Shown here one piece after another: positions 49,248-63,400 of a stretch of 64,000 nt of DNA. Each line of letters starts with the position of its first letter. The first letter of the stretch is position 1. Position numbers and translations under genes: made by a program. Source of the stretch: Cycas panzhihuaensis (Eukaryota > Plantae > Cycadophyta); the NCBI GenBank assembly GCA_023213395.1, contig CM041465.1, positions 94,929,741-94,993,740 of the forward strand, given 5' to 3'. Under the pieces are notes generated by a model. It did no database searches. It was given only the letters and a program-made list of their open reading frames with translations, and was not told where the DNA came from.

Positions 49248-51851
49248 TAAATTGTTATAATTACCCTTTTGATATGTATTAGGGGGTCATGGTATGTAGA
49301 CTTCTTCATGTAATCAGTTATTAGTTGACCAAATAGCTTCTAGATTTTGATTAGATAGCCAAGTAGTGATATGTATCATAAATACATATGGTTTGACATA
49401 ATACAATTAGAAGTGGATATTTTCCACAAGTAGCTTGTGTTATATATTTGTATATATTTTTCTTTCATTTATTCACCTATATATCCTTAATATTTCATAG
49501 CCATATATGATCTTAGACCTATTTTAGCCATTTATTTCTAACAAGTGGTATTAGATCCTTCGATGAAGCCTTTTTAACCCTAATTAGGCTATTAGACTAT
49601 GAGTGTGTCTACTTGTCAAGGGTTTATTCAAAACTTATTTTAAGTATACCTATTTATGATAAATGAGAGAGATAGTATTCTTATCTATCAAGTGAGATTT
49701 GTTATAAGTTATAAATAGTTTTAATCTATATTTTACGAGGAACCAAAGCATACTAGTATCATGATCATGGAGAATGTTGATGCATATACATAAAAATCTA
49801 GTTGGAGCATAGATGTTGTAGTTAAATCAAATCTTGTGAAGGTTTACCATTTTTTTAATCCACTTTCAAACTAGCTATTTGTGTGTTTTGCTAGTATACA
49901 TGTAGGTGTTGCATATGAGTCTAAGGATGGGGCTTCAAATACAAGATTAACCACCTTGTGAAGTTGTTCATATGGTAGGCCATTACTTTCTCTATTAGAT
50001 TATAAAGTCATCATGATTGATGAGGAGGGTTTTGCATCATGAGTTGGTGTAGCAAATGGATTAGCTCATTTTGATAATAATGGTGTGTTTGGGCTATAAT
50101 ATACAAAGCTTGCTAATTAATTTAAACTTGTATTTTATGAGAAATTATTGATTGATGACTATATATATAATGGGGATTTATAGGTTCCTTAGGCTTTGTT
50201 AGGTACCACTCTATTAATAAGTTGATATATTGATTATTTATCATTAAATATGATTATGTAGTATATTTCTTGTATGGAAAATTTTCTACATTATAGGAGG
50301 AGAACCTGTTAATATTATTATTGATTGATTGATGAGATCTCATGAGTGTCTATTATATGGAGGGTTTGATATGAATTAAATACTAGCTATAAATAAATTT
50401 ATTACTATATTCCCAACTATAAGAGCAATTCAACATCTTTGTTAAGAAGATTAAACCTTGTTTATAATTACAACACTAGTATTTTGACATTGGGTAGTGT
50501 GTTGGGTAGGTTACCTACCTATTGGGTAATTTTGAAGTTAATTAGTAACCTGCTAAGATGAGTAAATGTTATTAGATATCAATTTTGCATAAATCTCTAT
50601 TTGTTGAAGATGTACATTATTGTTGAGTGAGATTATCTATCGTTGGGCATCTTTGTTATATGTTAGGTAAATTTCATGGTGATTTAGGTGATTTTCCAAT
50701 ATGTTGGGAACCTCTTAGCTAAGTTTTCTCAATTTAGAGCATATTTCTCAAGGTGCCAAGCTATTCTAGATGCTTAGAATTATAGATCATAAGCTTATAA
50801 AAGTAGAAACAAGGAAAACCTAATTTATGATGGTTACAAGAAGCTCCACGAGAGGTGCATAAGTCGTACATTAAAAAATCTCAATGATAATAATTTTTTT
50901 TTCATAAGTAAATGTTTATAACATTAGAAACATAAAATTAAAATATTTTTCATTGTATTTTAGAGTGTACATAATCTCCAAGATGGTCACATGGGAGTTT
51001 TGATGTGATCAGGGGCTAAACATAAAAGTGTCTTTTTGGTTCTTTTCCTTTTTCACTTGAAAGGATTATTGTATGTAAGAAAATAATAATATCTATCTTA
51101 TACAACATCAAAATCAAGTTTTATTAGTTGTATTATAATGCTAACTCATGAGTCTTTCTAACAAGTGGTCATATAATATACTTTGAGGATTTTTTAAGGC
51201 AATTTTAATGGTGTAAAGTTTAGACTTTAATTTGATAGGGTGTTAAAATGGAGTATGTGCCTAAAAAAAGAGATGATTTATCATACGTTTTTCCTTAGAT
51301 AACCATTTTTGCAAGTTTGTTCGATGGTGTAGTGGATGGAACTGAGGGTTATTAGCTTAGTTTTCTTTCTTATAGGTACAACCTTAATTAGGAGAGAAAA
51401 AAATAATCAAAATAGAAGCAAGTGAAGGTTACTCAATAGGCAAATGTTGGTGAACCATATACTGGAAAACCATTCTAGTGGACTAGCAAGTACAATGACT
51501 AATTACCCATGTGCTCTAGTAGATGTTTGGCTTTTATATAGACTTAACATCACATAAATTATTATAGTTACTTATTCGATATGCACTAAGAGATCATGGT
51601 ACATATACTTCTTCATGTAATCGATCATTGGTTAACCAAGTGGTTCTTGGATTGTGATTGGATAGCTAGGTGGTGATATATACTATAAATATGTATTAGT
51701 TTGACATAATACAATTGGAAGCGATCATTTCCCATAAGTAGCTTGTGTTATATATTTGTACATATTATTCTTTTATTTTTTCACTTATATATCTTTAATA
51801 TTTCATAATCTTATATGATGTTGGAATTATTTTGGGCATTTATTTCTAACA
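49248..51851 (+). mobile_element. Element K: short degenerate LTR element, probably a gypsy deletion derivative
   Basis: Direct repeats ~49248-49543 and ~51556-51851 ending TTTCTAACA; PBS TGGTATTAGATC at 49546; faint integrase-C-terminal-like remnant near 50790-51010; 5' end and TSD unresolved. Confidence 0.65.
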
Positions 51852-52251
51852 TTTTAAGTGAAATACATTCTCAAGGATTTAAAAGATGTAGCTTTTCATG
51901 TAGAATATAGTTTTTCATTATTTAAGTTCTTGAAAATATGATCCTTAATGAAAAATGTTATAAGTTAGAGAATTCCATATTTTATATATAATGACACAAA
52001 TTTTAGAAATCCAAAAAATGCAGAATAAATGTACTAAAATATGGAAAGGCATGGTGATAAATACAAAATATTAATTTAAAAAATGTAATGTATTAATATG
52101 AAAAACATAGAGTATTAATGAAAAATATAGAGTAGCAGATGAAAATATAGAGAGATAATACTAAAATCATGACAATAGAAAATTCTATATTTTAAACCCA
52201 TAAATCTCGAAAAATAAGCTAAAACCAAAAAAATAAAATTTAGGGGCTACA

Positions 52252-54100
52252 AAGGAGGGTCATATAATCAAAATATAACTAAAATGAAGCAAAAACCAAG
52301 TCATTTAAATATAAAAATAAGTCATTTTATATAGCTTTATTGAAGTGATTAGGAGGCACCTTGAAATATTACACATAAGGGTTTATCCTCATAGGCAAAA
52401 TAAGGAGCCATTAAAACATACTAGACACATCCATCAAAGTACACCATTAAGTAATCAACATTAACCATCACCATAAATAGGGAAAGGAATATACTTGGTC
52501 ATGCTAAAGGGTTAGGATGACTCAAAACAATAAGGCATCATATTATGTGAAGCCCTTACATTAGTAATATAATTATTCAATATGAAATCATTGTGAGTGC
52601 TCAAAGACACATAAAATAAAGCATTCCTAGATTTAAGAAGAAGAGTGGTAGCTTCCATCATGTCTTCTTTGACCATGATATTAATATGATACTTATTTGT
52701 TTATAGGATTTTCATCAATTTATTCTTTTATTTTGGTAATTTCATTACTTGTTATATGTTCATCCCTATTAGAGATCATAGAAGATCTTTGAGAATATCA
52801 TATTGATTTAAGGCTTTATCATTGAGATTATTAGTTCTATATGGTAGGGTAACTATTTTGGATTTTTAGGGAACTTTAAGAAAGACATTATTTCTAAGGG
52901 ATTTTTAGAAATATTAACGTGATAAGGACCAAATGAACTAGCTTCACACTCACTTGTATTGGGGCCTCCTTACCTAGTTGTCTATCCTCTAGTTATGATT
53001 ACTAGATCAGTCATGTCTAATTCTAGCTCTTACTATCCTTTTAAGGTTACTATGTTTATATCCAAACTAGAAGGGATTGAGCTTGAAATCAATCCCTAAA
53101 TTGTGTTTTAGATTCTCTAATAATTTTTTATACTTAATTGCTTACTCATACATGACAAAAGAATCAAAATACAGTTCATTACTAGTAGTAAATGGCATAT
53201 CCTTTAGCTTCCTTAATATGGTATATCTTTTAAAATCTTTGTCTTTAGCTTGATTTTTCCAAAAGTGAATTTAATCATTCATATAATTTAATAAGGCCTA
53301 CCTAAGGATTAGAATTATAGATTATTAACTAAGATTATTTCTTGGGAGTAGTTAAGAAAGGTGATCCCACTTTACTAGCCTTGATTAATATCTCCTTTAA
53401 ACCTAGAACCATGACCTTTACATCTTTAATACTTGAAGGTATGTTGAAGCCTACTAGAAACCTAATGTCAAGATCCAAGCCCTTAAACCATTCTATCTAA
53501 TAATAGGTGATTAATAATAGCTTTTATTTATAGAATTCAAGGTCTTATTAAACCTCAACATATATTCTACTATACTCTCTCATGTTCCTCTCTTTATAAT
53601 AGAGAGTTCTTTTATCAAAATAGAAGTCAACTCATGACTAAGGTACTTAGGCTAAAAGGTACACATCAAGGCTTCCTAATTGGTGGTTGATCCAATGGGT
53701 AAATGTTTAGACCATGATGTTGCCTACATGGTTACTGTATTGATGAATAGATATATAACTACATTCATGACATTGATCAAAAACATTTTACACATAGTAG
53801 AGATGTTTTCCAAATGCTATTCTCTAGAAATAGTTCCATCCCCTCTAAATTTAGGATAATCATCTTGGACCTTCTTCAAGATAGGATTAAGGGTGAGAGG
53901 GATATTGGTCATCCTTAGAGTTAAATTAGCCCCTTAATTAGCCATTTAGAAAATAGGGGTATTACAATTGACATGTAACACTCTTGCTCTTCCTTCTTGA
54001 AGAGACTATAGAATCTCTTTAAAAATGCCCTAAGACTTTGGCATATCGAGTATATGGTCTCCTTAAATTTTAGACTTTGAACTCTTAAGATCAATAAAAG
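52252..54100 (-). pseudogene. Very decayed, probably gypsy pol fragments
   Basis: Only faint similarity to the pre-RT region near 53640-53830; no clean motif. Confidence 0.3.
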
Positions 54101-55329
54101 GAAATGCAGAAATAAATAAACATTTGAAAATGTTAAAATAAAGAAACTAGGAAAACATCATCTCTTAGTCCCAAGCATAGTTGCTAGCTTATTTAACCCA
54201 TGAATTTGTACCTTACATTAAATGCTTGCTTTAAACTAGTTTACAGGTGTTTATATATTCTTGGTAAAAATTAATGAGTATAACTAATAGGTATATATAC
54301 CCTCCCCTTTAATAGGGTAGTTCCCCTTATACATTATAATAAATTATGAAGCGATTTATATAGAAACTATTTATAAGAAGATGAATGTCTAAAGTGTTAA
54401 AGTCGTCATTTTCCAAATACACATGTATAACAAGAAAAAGAAAATCAAGCAAAGAACAAATTCACTTTAGAAACAATAATAAAATAATCACAACCCTTGA
54501 ACTAAGAAAGGAATGGTAAAGTATAATATAAGATAATTGTCATCTAATAATAATAAACATCTTCACACATTCACTAACTAAGAATCAAGATGGAGAATAC
54601 ATAGAACTACATAACATCAATTGCATAATCTCTTATTCACCATGTAGTACTAAATGAATTTGACATTATACAAACCAAAGAAGATCCATAATGTACATTA
54701 TAGTAGATAACAAAAACTAATTCACTAACATCTTATAAATGAATCCCTCTATATAAGTAGCCTTCATGTATATCCTTCTACTATATAGCCTAATTTATGT
54801 ATTATATAATATTGTGATGATCCTCTCTCGACCTTGGACTTTCACTAGGGACTATCAGATAATTAATGGTCTCAAGAAGTTATAAAACTTCACAAATTAT
54901 TTCTCTTCACTTAATAAAGATCTCTCTAAAGGAATAAAAAATCATAGAATAAAAATAGAAGAGCCTAAGTTTTTTAAAACAAAAAAAAAAAAATTCCCTC
55001 CTCATCTTCTCTCTTTTATAACTTATCTTAGTAGTGATAGTATAATAGTTATACTAATATGTAGTATTTTAAACCACCTCAAAACTATTATATTTATTTC
55101 TTTGATTCATTCCTTGCCCACTTGTTATAGTTAATCTTTTTATTTATCTCTCTGATCACTTACCATAACTAATATTTATCTTTTAAAAAGTTTTCAATTA
55201 GTGAAGGACTAATTAGTGTCCTTCAAACTTGGGCTTCATATAATTTTGTCCTTAATAGAACTAACCTTTATTTTTTTTCTAGAGATTAGATTCTTCTATT
55301 AGATTAATATTCATATATGAATGGATTAG

Positions 55330-58300
55330 TATAAGGACAAATTGATGTGTGAGTCATTGGAGATGATGTGTGAGTTATCAAGGGTTACTAAAGTCCTAAA
55401 CGGACTTCTAACATGTGTCACAAGAGTTATTAGTATCCTAAATAGGGATGTAACAAGTGCCATTAAATTATAGATTCTTTTATGGATCATATTAAACCAA
55501 ATGTGTATATTAAGATATATCATATATATTGTATGATAGTAATGGGAGAGGTCATTCCAAATGAATAAATCAAGGTCATAGGTAGACCAATTCTATCTAG
55601 TATTTTTTCTATTATCATTTGATGTGTTTATATTCATTATGAAGTGTTGCTTTATTATGATTATTACTCAAAAGTTCCATATTTGATTCTCAAATCTTAC
55701 ATTTGGTATTAAAGAAGGTTTTATTATAGGTTGATAATCAATTTCTCCACCTATAATATTGGAACTAGAGTGAGTTATTATTAGTAGTAGTTCAATTTTT
55801 TAGCCAACAATAATGGAACATCATAGGTTTATTTAAAATTCTACCTAATTTTTTATTATTCCTATTATAAAATTTGCTTATGTAGAGAATTTTTAAAATA
55901 AAAATTAGGCACTGGATAAAGAGCCAATTGATTTCAAGAGAATTGATGCCTACATAATTAGCCCCTCTCTTTCTTATATTTGATGCAAATGCATGATAAG
56001 TATACAAAACTAACTACTGGCTAGATTCATGTTTATGTTGGAAAAGCTCACTCCATTGGCATTCCCTTATAGGTCCTCTTGAAATTCAATATTGGAGTAT
56101 AGTTCTCAATCTTTTAATTCTATCCTACATAGATTTATCATATCTAGATCTTATTCAAGCTTCTCTATGTTGTTGTATATTATGTAAAACATTTATTTAG
56201 ACATGATAAAGAAAAACTAGGGATGAGGGATTTCTTGAATAGAGAAATCGATCGATCTAGTTTGCTATAGATAACCAAGTTGAAGGAAAGCTAGCTCTAA
56301 AATGGCCAAGAGCTAAACCTATGTACCTATTATCATCATCACTATGCTAGAGGTGAAATCCTTCAACCACTTAATCCAAGGAATCCAAATGAGGGACTAG
56401 GATAGATGCCATACCTATTGTGTTACCATTTTGGAAGAAAATGTGATTCTTGGTCATATTGTTCATAGTGGGTATATTATTTCTATGCCTTGCTTCATTC
56501 CTACTAGTGGATCTACCATCAAATCACTCATCCACTTCTCCTAAATCATTACACCTGAGGCATCAAATATTACATATGGGATTGTTCTGAAGTTAATGCA
56601 CAATAAGACTAATTCTCTTTTTAAGTATCTAACACCTAATGACCTACCACTTGAGATGCCAATATTTGTATAGGAAACTTTTAGTGATAATTGATAACAA
56701 TGAAATGGTCAAGATGAAGAATAGATTATAAATATGCTAGCTTTCTTCAATGTTTTGATTAAGCCTCTATCTACTTTTTAGTCATAAAGCAATAGTTTCT
56801 CATAATCATAGACTAATAAATGATCATCACAAGCATGATTTTGTAGCAATTTCTTATAACTTTGTTGTCTAAACAAAGGATAAAAACAAGAATACTTGAA
56901 TCAATTCGACAATCATCACAGACCAAAATTAAATCGCCATTTTCAAATAAAAATCACCATTGAGTGACATAGGTTAAAAATAGTATTTATTTTTTGTATT
57001 GTTGTGATTTGATTAAAGTATTTTTAATCATGATTTAAAATATGGAGCCCACCACCCTTGCACCCATCCCCCTTTCAAATTAGCCCCCTGGTAACTTGTA
57101 TTAAAAAGAGCTAAACTATTTTTTGGGCTATAGAAGGATCTTCTGGCAAAATAGACATCACTTTTATATTATAATTTTTAGTGTTATTTATTATGAGCAT
57201 GGTCATATGGGCAAATTCTAGCTCCTTACATGGTGTCTAATGTTCAATATTAATTTATCGACACTCTACAAATTGATTAAGGGATCTATCATTAATATTG
57301 TTTAATAAAATAAGTGTATGCTATCATAGGACTATCTAATGCCCACTAGTTTGATTAGTTTTTGGTTATTTTGTTGTATTTTACATTAAAATATGGGTGG
57401 AAGATGCTTATTTTCTAGCTCTAATTAGCCACCTCAAACATCTAATCTATTACATATTGGCCAAGAATATGAAAGGAGATCTAATGATATATGGTACATT
57501 AACTCAAATGCCATAAGACATATGACAGGTAGACTAGATTGCTTCAAGCATATGTGGGAAGCCATTGGCTATATAATCATTTTAGGTGATAAAAATATAC
57601 TAACTCTAAAAGGCATATGAGGAGTCTATATAATTACTCTTGATTATAGTGATTACTATATGGAGAATGTATTATATATGCCAAATTTTAAAATGAACAT
57701 GATCTCTGCAGTCAAATTGAGGACAATGGAATAAATGTTCTCTGTAAGGATAAAAAAGCCTTCATTAATATTTGAGATAGGAAGATGATCATAAAATATG
57801 TAAGGGATAACCATCTTTATAAGCTCTTAAGTCAGATTATAAACTAAAGAGCTTATTTGACTACTGACATGACTAATAAGATTCAATTATAGCATGAAAG
57901 ATTGGGATATCTACATTTCCCTAACCTTCTCTTAATGAATAAATTAAATATAATGCATGGTATCCCAAAATTTAAGGTAGAAAAAGGTACTTGTGAACCC
58001 TATATATTTGGGAAGTACCATAGGGAAACATTCCTAAAAGAAAAGGCTTAGAGAGAAAAAAGAAAATTAAGCCTAGTCCATTCTTATATCTATGGTCCTA
58101 TGCCAACCACTTCACTTAAGGGAGTAGGATATTTCTTGACTTTCATTTATGACTTTTCAAGAAAAGATTGGGTATATCCATTGAAAGAAAAGTTTCACGC
58201 AATTGACATATTCAATGAATTCAATGCTAAAGTAAAGAATCAAAATACTAAGATCAAATAATAGGGAAGAATATACTTCTAAAGAATTTATCCAATTTTG

Positions 58301-60422
58301 TAAGAAACATGGCATAAAGAAATAGTTAATAATAATATATACTCCTTAATATTATGGAATAGGTAAGAGAATGAATAAAATACTAATTGACATGGCTAAG
58401 TTGATGATGAAAGCTAAGAATCTTTTAGAAATCTTTAGGTAAAAGTAGTTTGTATAGCATCTTACCTAACAAATAGAAGCATCACTAAAGTTGTAAGGAA
58501 TAAAGCACCTGAAGAAGCATGGTCTAATTGTAATCAAAAGTTAGCCATCTTAGAATCTTTGGAAGCACTACATATGCATGTTCCTAAGGAGAAATATAAA
58601 AACTTTGATGATAAAAGTTCCAATTGCATTCTTATTGGATATGATGAAGAATATAAAGCTTACAGGGTATATGAATTGACATAAAATAAAAATTGCATAA
58701 TACTCAAGATGTTATCTTTAAAGAAGTACAAGCTTTAGATCAGATTTAGGAATAGGATACTCTAAAGATTTAATAAGATAAAGGGAAGTGAATTAAGGAA
58801 CAACCTAAAATACGTTCCTCAAAACAACAATTTATCAATCCTAAAATTGAGTTAAGAAAAGAGGAAATTAAGGAGAAGAAATTTGAAGATGCTTAAGAAA
58901 TGTAATCTAAACCTAATATTATTCCACCTATTAAAAAATTTCCCAAATGGTATTTGAAAACTATGGATGAAGCTTAGTTACTTGAGATAGAAGACAAATG
59001 CAAATCAAAGATGAGACTAGATGCAATCATTTTTTCCTTGATGGTAGATGCATTAGATATTGATGAACCTTTATGTTTTAAAGAAGCCAATCAATAATGG
59101 TAGTGGAAGATAATAATATATATTAAAATCTATGCCATTGAATGAAATAAAACTTGGGATTTGGTTGATTTACTAGTAGGTAAATATTCAATTGGATGTA
59201 AATGGGTCTACAAGACCAAATTTAAATCAGTTGGCATAGTTGATAAACATAAGACCAAAATAGTAGCAAAGGGTTCAAGTGAATGAAAGGTATTGATTAC
59301 TAAGAAACATTTGCTTTAGTAATAAAGATAGTGATAATAAGATTGATACTAACAATAGATGCTCAATTTAAATGGCAATTACTCTAGCTTGATGTCATGA
59401 GCACTTTTCTTAATGGATATTTTATAGAAGAGGTTTATGTGGAGCATCTACTTGGATATCTTGTTGAAGGCAAAGAGCATTTGGTATGTTACTTGAATAA
59501 GGATTTGTATGGTCTTAAATAGGCTCCAAGAGCATGGTATTCTAAGATCAATAAATATTTCTTAGATAATGGGTTTGAGAGATCACCTAAAGATCTAAAC
59601 CTATACATTAAAGTTTAAGGAAATCTAGTCATATTTATGGTACTATATGTACATCATTTGGTGATCACAAGGAACAACACCTCAAAGGTTAAAAGACTAA
59701 AAAATAATCTCAAAGAGACATTTGAAATGGTAGATATTGGATTGCTCTACTATTTTTTAGAAGTGGAAGTATGGTAAAGGCTTGGAAAAGTCTTTATTTC
59801 ATAGGCTCAGTGTTCATGGGTAATTCTAAAGAAATTTAAAATAGAGGATTGTAAACCCATTCATACCTTGATGGAAACAAGTTTAAAACTAATAACTCTA
59901 GATGATGATCATGATAAGCAAGTTGATGGCATAATGTTCAGATAGCTAATTAGTAATTTAATTTACTTGACTAAAATAAGGCTAAATATCTCTTTTGTAG
60001 TGGGGTTAGTGTCAACGCTTATGGCTAAACCAAAGTAAATCCATTGGAAAGTTGCAAAGATGATCCTAATATACTTGTAGGGAACACTATAATTTGGGTT
60101 GGTGTTTAGCCAAAATGGTAGTTTTAGGCTAATATGATATTTAGATTTTGATTGGGCTAGTTGTCAAGATAGCATAAGGTCTACTTTAGGCTATTGTTTT
60201 AATATAGGTTTTATTATTATCACTTGGACCAATAGGAAATCCCAAAATATTACTTTATCATCTATTGGAAAAAAGGCTAAAGCAACTATTGTAGCTATTT
60301 ATGAAGCCATCTAGTTGAGACAGGTGCTTGGTGATTTAGGACTACATCAAGAAGAGGTAACTACTTTGCACTATGATAATCAAAGTACTTTAAAGATTGC
60401 TAAGAATTTGATATTCCATGCA
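55330..60422 (+). mobile_element. Element L: heavily decayed Ty1/copia, cut in RNase H by G
   Basis: 5' LTR 55330-55701 (TATAAG<TGTAAG ... CTTACA); PBS TGGTATTAAAG 55704; WYINSNAIRHMTG (PR), YFLTFIYDFSRKDWVY (IN), IGCKWVYKTK and LYGLK*APRAWY (RT), KIAKNLIFHA (RH). Confidence 0.88.
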
Positions 60423-63400
60423 TGTACCTATTTCCAGGTTCCCAGGAATGGGTTCTTGGCAAGTCCACTCAGGTAAGTATAGGTATGCTTCTTCCCTTTC
60501 GCCTTTACTGATTCTTTATAAAGGTAGATAGAAGCATCGCCTCATTGTATGATTAACCATCATAATTGAATGATCACCTTGCACAATGTTACTTGATCAT
60601 GCTGCTTGTCATTCTTTCAGCCTATGATGATCAGTGGGATATGCATCCCTATGGCACTCCATAACCCTCTTATACACCTCCACATTGTCCTTAGAACTAC
60701 TTAACCTATGTGATTCATCACACCTCCTCACCATATCACAACCCTTAGCACCTTACTGAGTGTGATTGGTTGATCCTTATGTTAGTTATCGGTTTCCTAG
60801 GAGTTCTGCCACTTTGGTATCCCATCTGGTTTAGGTCATCTTCTCTATTTGATTGTCCCCAGCCATCTAGATAGAGGGTTGGCCCCTCCTAGGCCTGGGG
60901 TACCCCCTTTTACGCTCCCAGGCATCCTCTCTTTAGCTTATCTTGGTCTCTTTCACCACACCATGACAAATGTCATGATACCATGGTAAACTTCATGGTA
61001 CCATAAAGTTTGCCATGGTTGTCATAACTTGTTTTTTTAAATCTACCATGGAAATTTTCACTTTTTTCATGAAATTGCCATGTGGCTTCGACCCCTCTCT
61101 AGCCTCACCTTAACCCTAATCATCCATTTAACCTAAGATTAGGTATAAAGCCTAAAACGTCCTCATTTTCCTCCTTCTTCTTCCACCTTCCTTGCTCTAT
61201 TCTCTCTCTTTCACAGGAGTTTTCTGTACCAATGCCCTATAATGTCCAAGTTCCATATGTTCCAGCCTGAGATCCACCCATCACAGCTCTGATCCGTGGC
61301 AACAAGCTCACTAACTAATGCCTCCAAGCAAGGATTCATGCCCAAGTGTGGCCTCCATGCCCTTCCTACAACTTTCATCAAGTGTGTTTCCATTGCACCA
61401 CCTTCCTAAGGATACCAGTAAGCATACCAAATCAGCAATTTTCTTCTGTCAATAGGGGCAGATCTACCTCCTACACAGCCCAACAGGTATTTTCCATTGT
61501 TGTTCCATATCTTTCCTTGGGTTTATCTTGTAAAAGGTTAGGTGTTTTAGCACATTATTCCTTTCCTTGTCTTCTTTGCTGCACACAGGAGGTATCCCTC
61601 TATTCTTTGTCTGATTACCCTCTTGATCTCCCTATCCTCCCCTAGGTTTTTCCAAGGAGGCTATGGGAGATGACTCATAAAGAGTGAGTGGAAGGAGCCA
61701 AGGTGGGATCTATACCTACTAAGCCTTCTCCTCAAGGGCAAACCCCTTCTTCTCTTTCCTCTCCTTCACTTGTGCCTCTCTTGGGTCACTAGGGAGTCTT
61801 TGGGATTAGGCTTGCGCTAGATATCAGTATATACAACCCTTGCTGCACTATTTCCAGGCTTGAACACCTCTTTTAGGTAGCTCCTCCAGCCCCAAATAGT
61901 GTCCTATATTCATCCTGGGTCCTGGCATAGCCCATGTTACAATTTGTTATCCATAGCATACTTGCAACATAAGCAACTTTCACAAACTTCGTAACATTTG
62001 CTTCCTTTACTGTCCACTACCAATAAGTTATCCTAATCTACTACACCTTGTGTCCAAGGGTAGCATGGAGGTGTACTTGCTAGAGGGTTAGCCATTCTAA
62101 GGCTAACCTCCCCTTGCTTTGGCATGACATGTTGGTTTCCTTGAGAGTTTGTAGAGTCACTTTTGGTGGAAGATTACCTAACTTGAAACCTTCTAACTTG
62201 TAACATTTCAGCAATTTACTTTTGCATAAGTATACATGTATTTGTTTTATATCCTAGAAGCCCCTTTAGAAAGGGAAAAGAACTTTTTGATTGTAGGTTT
62301 GTTGTGCCATTTGTGGAGGAAGGTAAGCGACGATAATCCATATGCATTCTTTGGCCTCCTTTCCTTCAGTTGTTCTACTCTTTCATAGTTCTTTTTTTCC
62401 TTTGTGTTTTCTTGCTCCTTTCTTTTCATTTTTGGGGGAGGTAAGGAAACCCCTACGTTGCTCATGTTGTGGTAGAAGGAAAAAGAGGAAGCAGGTGTAG
62501 CACAAAGTGAAGACCACGTTTCAGCTACTTCGTTCTTCCAGGTATGCCCTTCTCATTTCGTAGGTCTTTTCGTGTTTCCTTTAGCTTGTGTGCTTACATA
62601 AAAAGATAATAAGGGAATAAAGAAAAAGGTAACCACTATCATCATTATATTGCATATTAGTTCGTATTGTAGGGAAGAGCATTCATTAAGGGTTATCCCC
62701 TTCTCTCTTTTGCCCAATTACATTGACGTGCATGTTGCATGATACCTAGGTTTATTTCTTTGCTTCTCTTCCCTTTATTTTGAAATGAAATAAGAGTGAG
62801 GATTTTCTTTTGAGAGAGAAAGTATTTATCATTCTTTGCACTTGTATGCTTAGTTTATCTCTCATTTTCACACATACAACTAGTCTTTGTTCCATTGTGC
62901 CTATAGAGACTAGGAACCCCTTCACACATAAGACTGGAGGGAACCCTTTCCCCTACCACTCTTTATCCATCTAACTTTCCTACTAGGTGGATTAGTTGTT
63001 AGAGGATCCATTTCCTAAGGTCCTTTTTCTTTCCTCACCATACCTACATACACTTCACCTACGTCCTTTAGCCTTCTTTCCACAAGGATTCATTCCCTCA
63101 TCGGGTCTTGCGTTCCCCTTCTGGCCATCTAAGGGTAGGAAGACCCTTGCTTTGAGGTTACTCGGGTAACTGAGGACATCTCTCACCTATGCTCCCTTTC
63201 AAAGTTAAAAGCTAGGTTATGTTGAGGAATTCGTGTGCTATTCATGGGTCCCGAACCTACGTTCTAATGCACGAACGCCCTGTGTGGGGGCTTCCTTATA
63301 CTTGTTGGTTTGATCCCTTTACCTCAAACCTTTCATTGATTGTCTTAATCCCAACTAAGTGTAGTTGCCATCTTCATGGACGTGATTCCACTAGCGACCA

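Larger units (their letters stand above)
42467..52251 (-). mobile_element. J: long Tat-like gypsy LTR remnant interrupted by A2 and K
   Basis: Right end reads TGTAGCCCCTAAA on -; patchy similarity to the F LTR (~45205-45290) and to the G LTR (~42900, ~43500); left boundary unresolved. Confidence 0.45.

Noticed and set aside
54100-55329. Additional LTR or host promoter
   Set aside because: LTR-like composition but no partner repeat, TSD or clear termini; left unassigned
56895-57015. MITE-like inverted repeat in L
   Set aside because: Arms match only loosely and no TSD found
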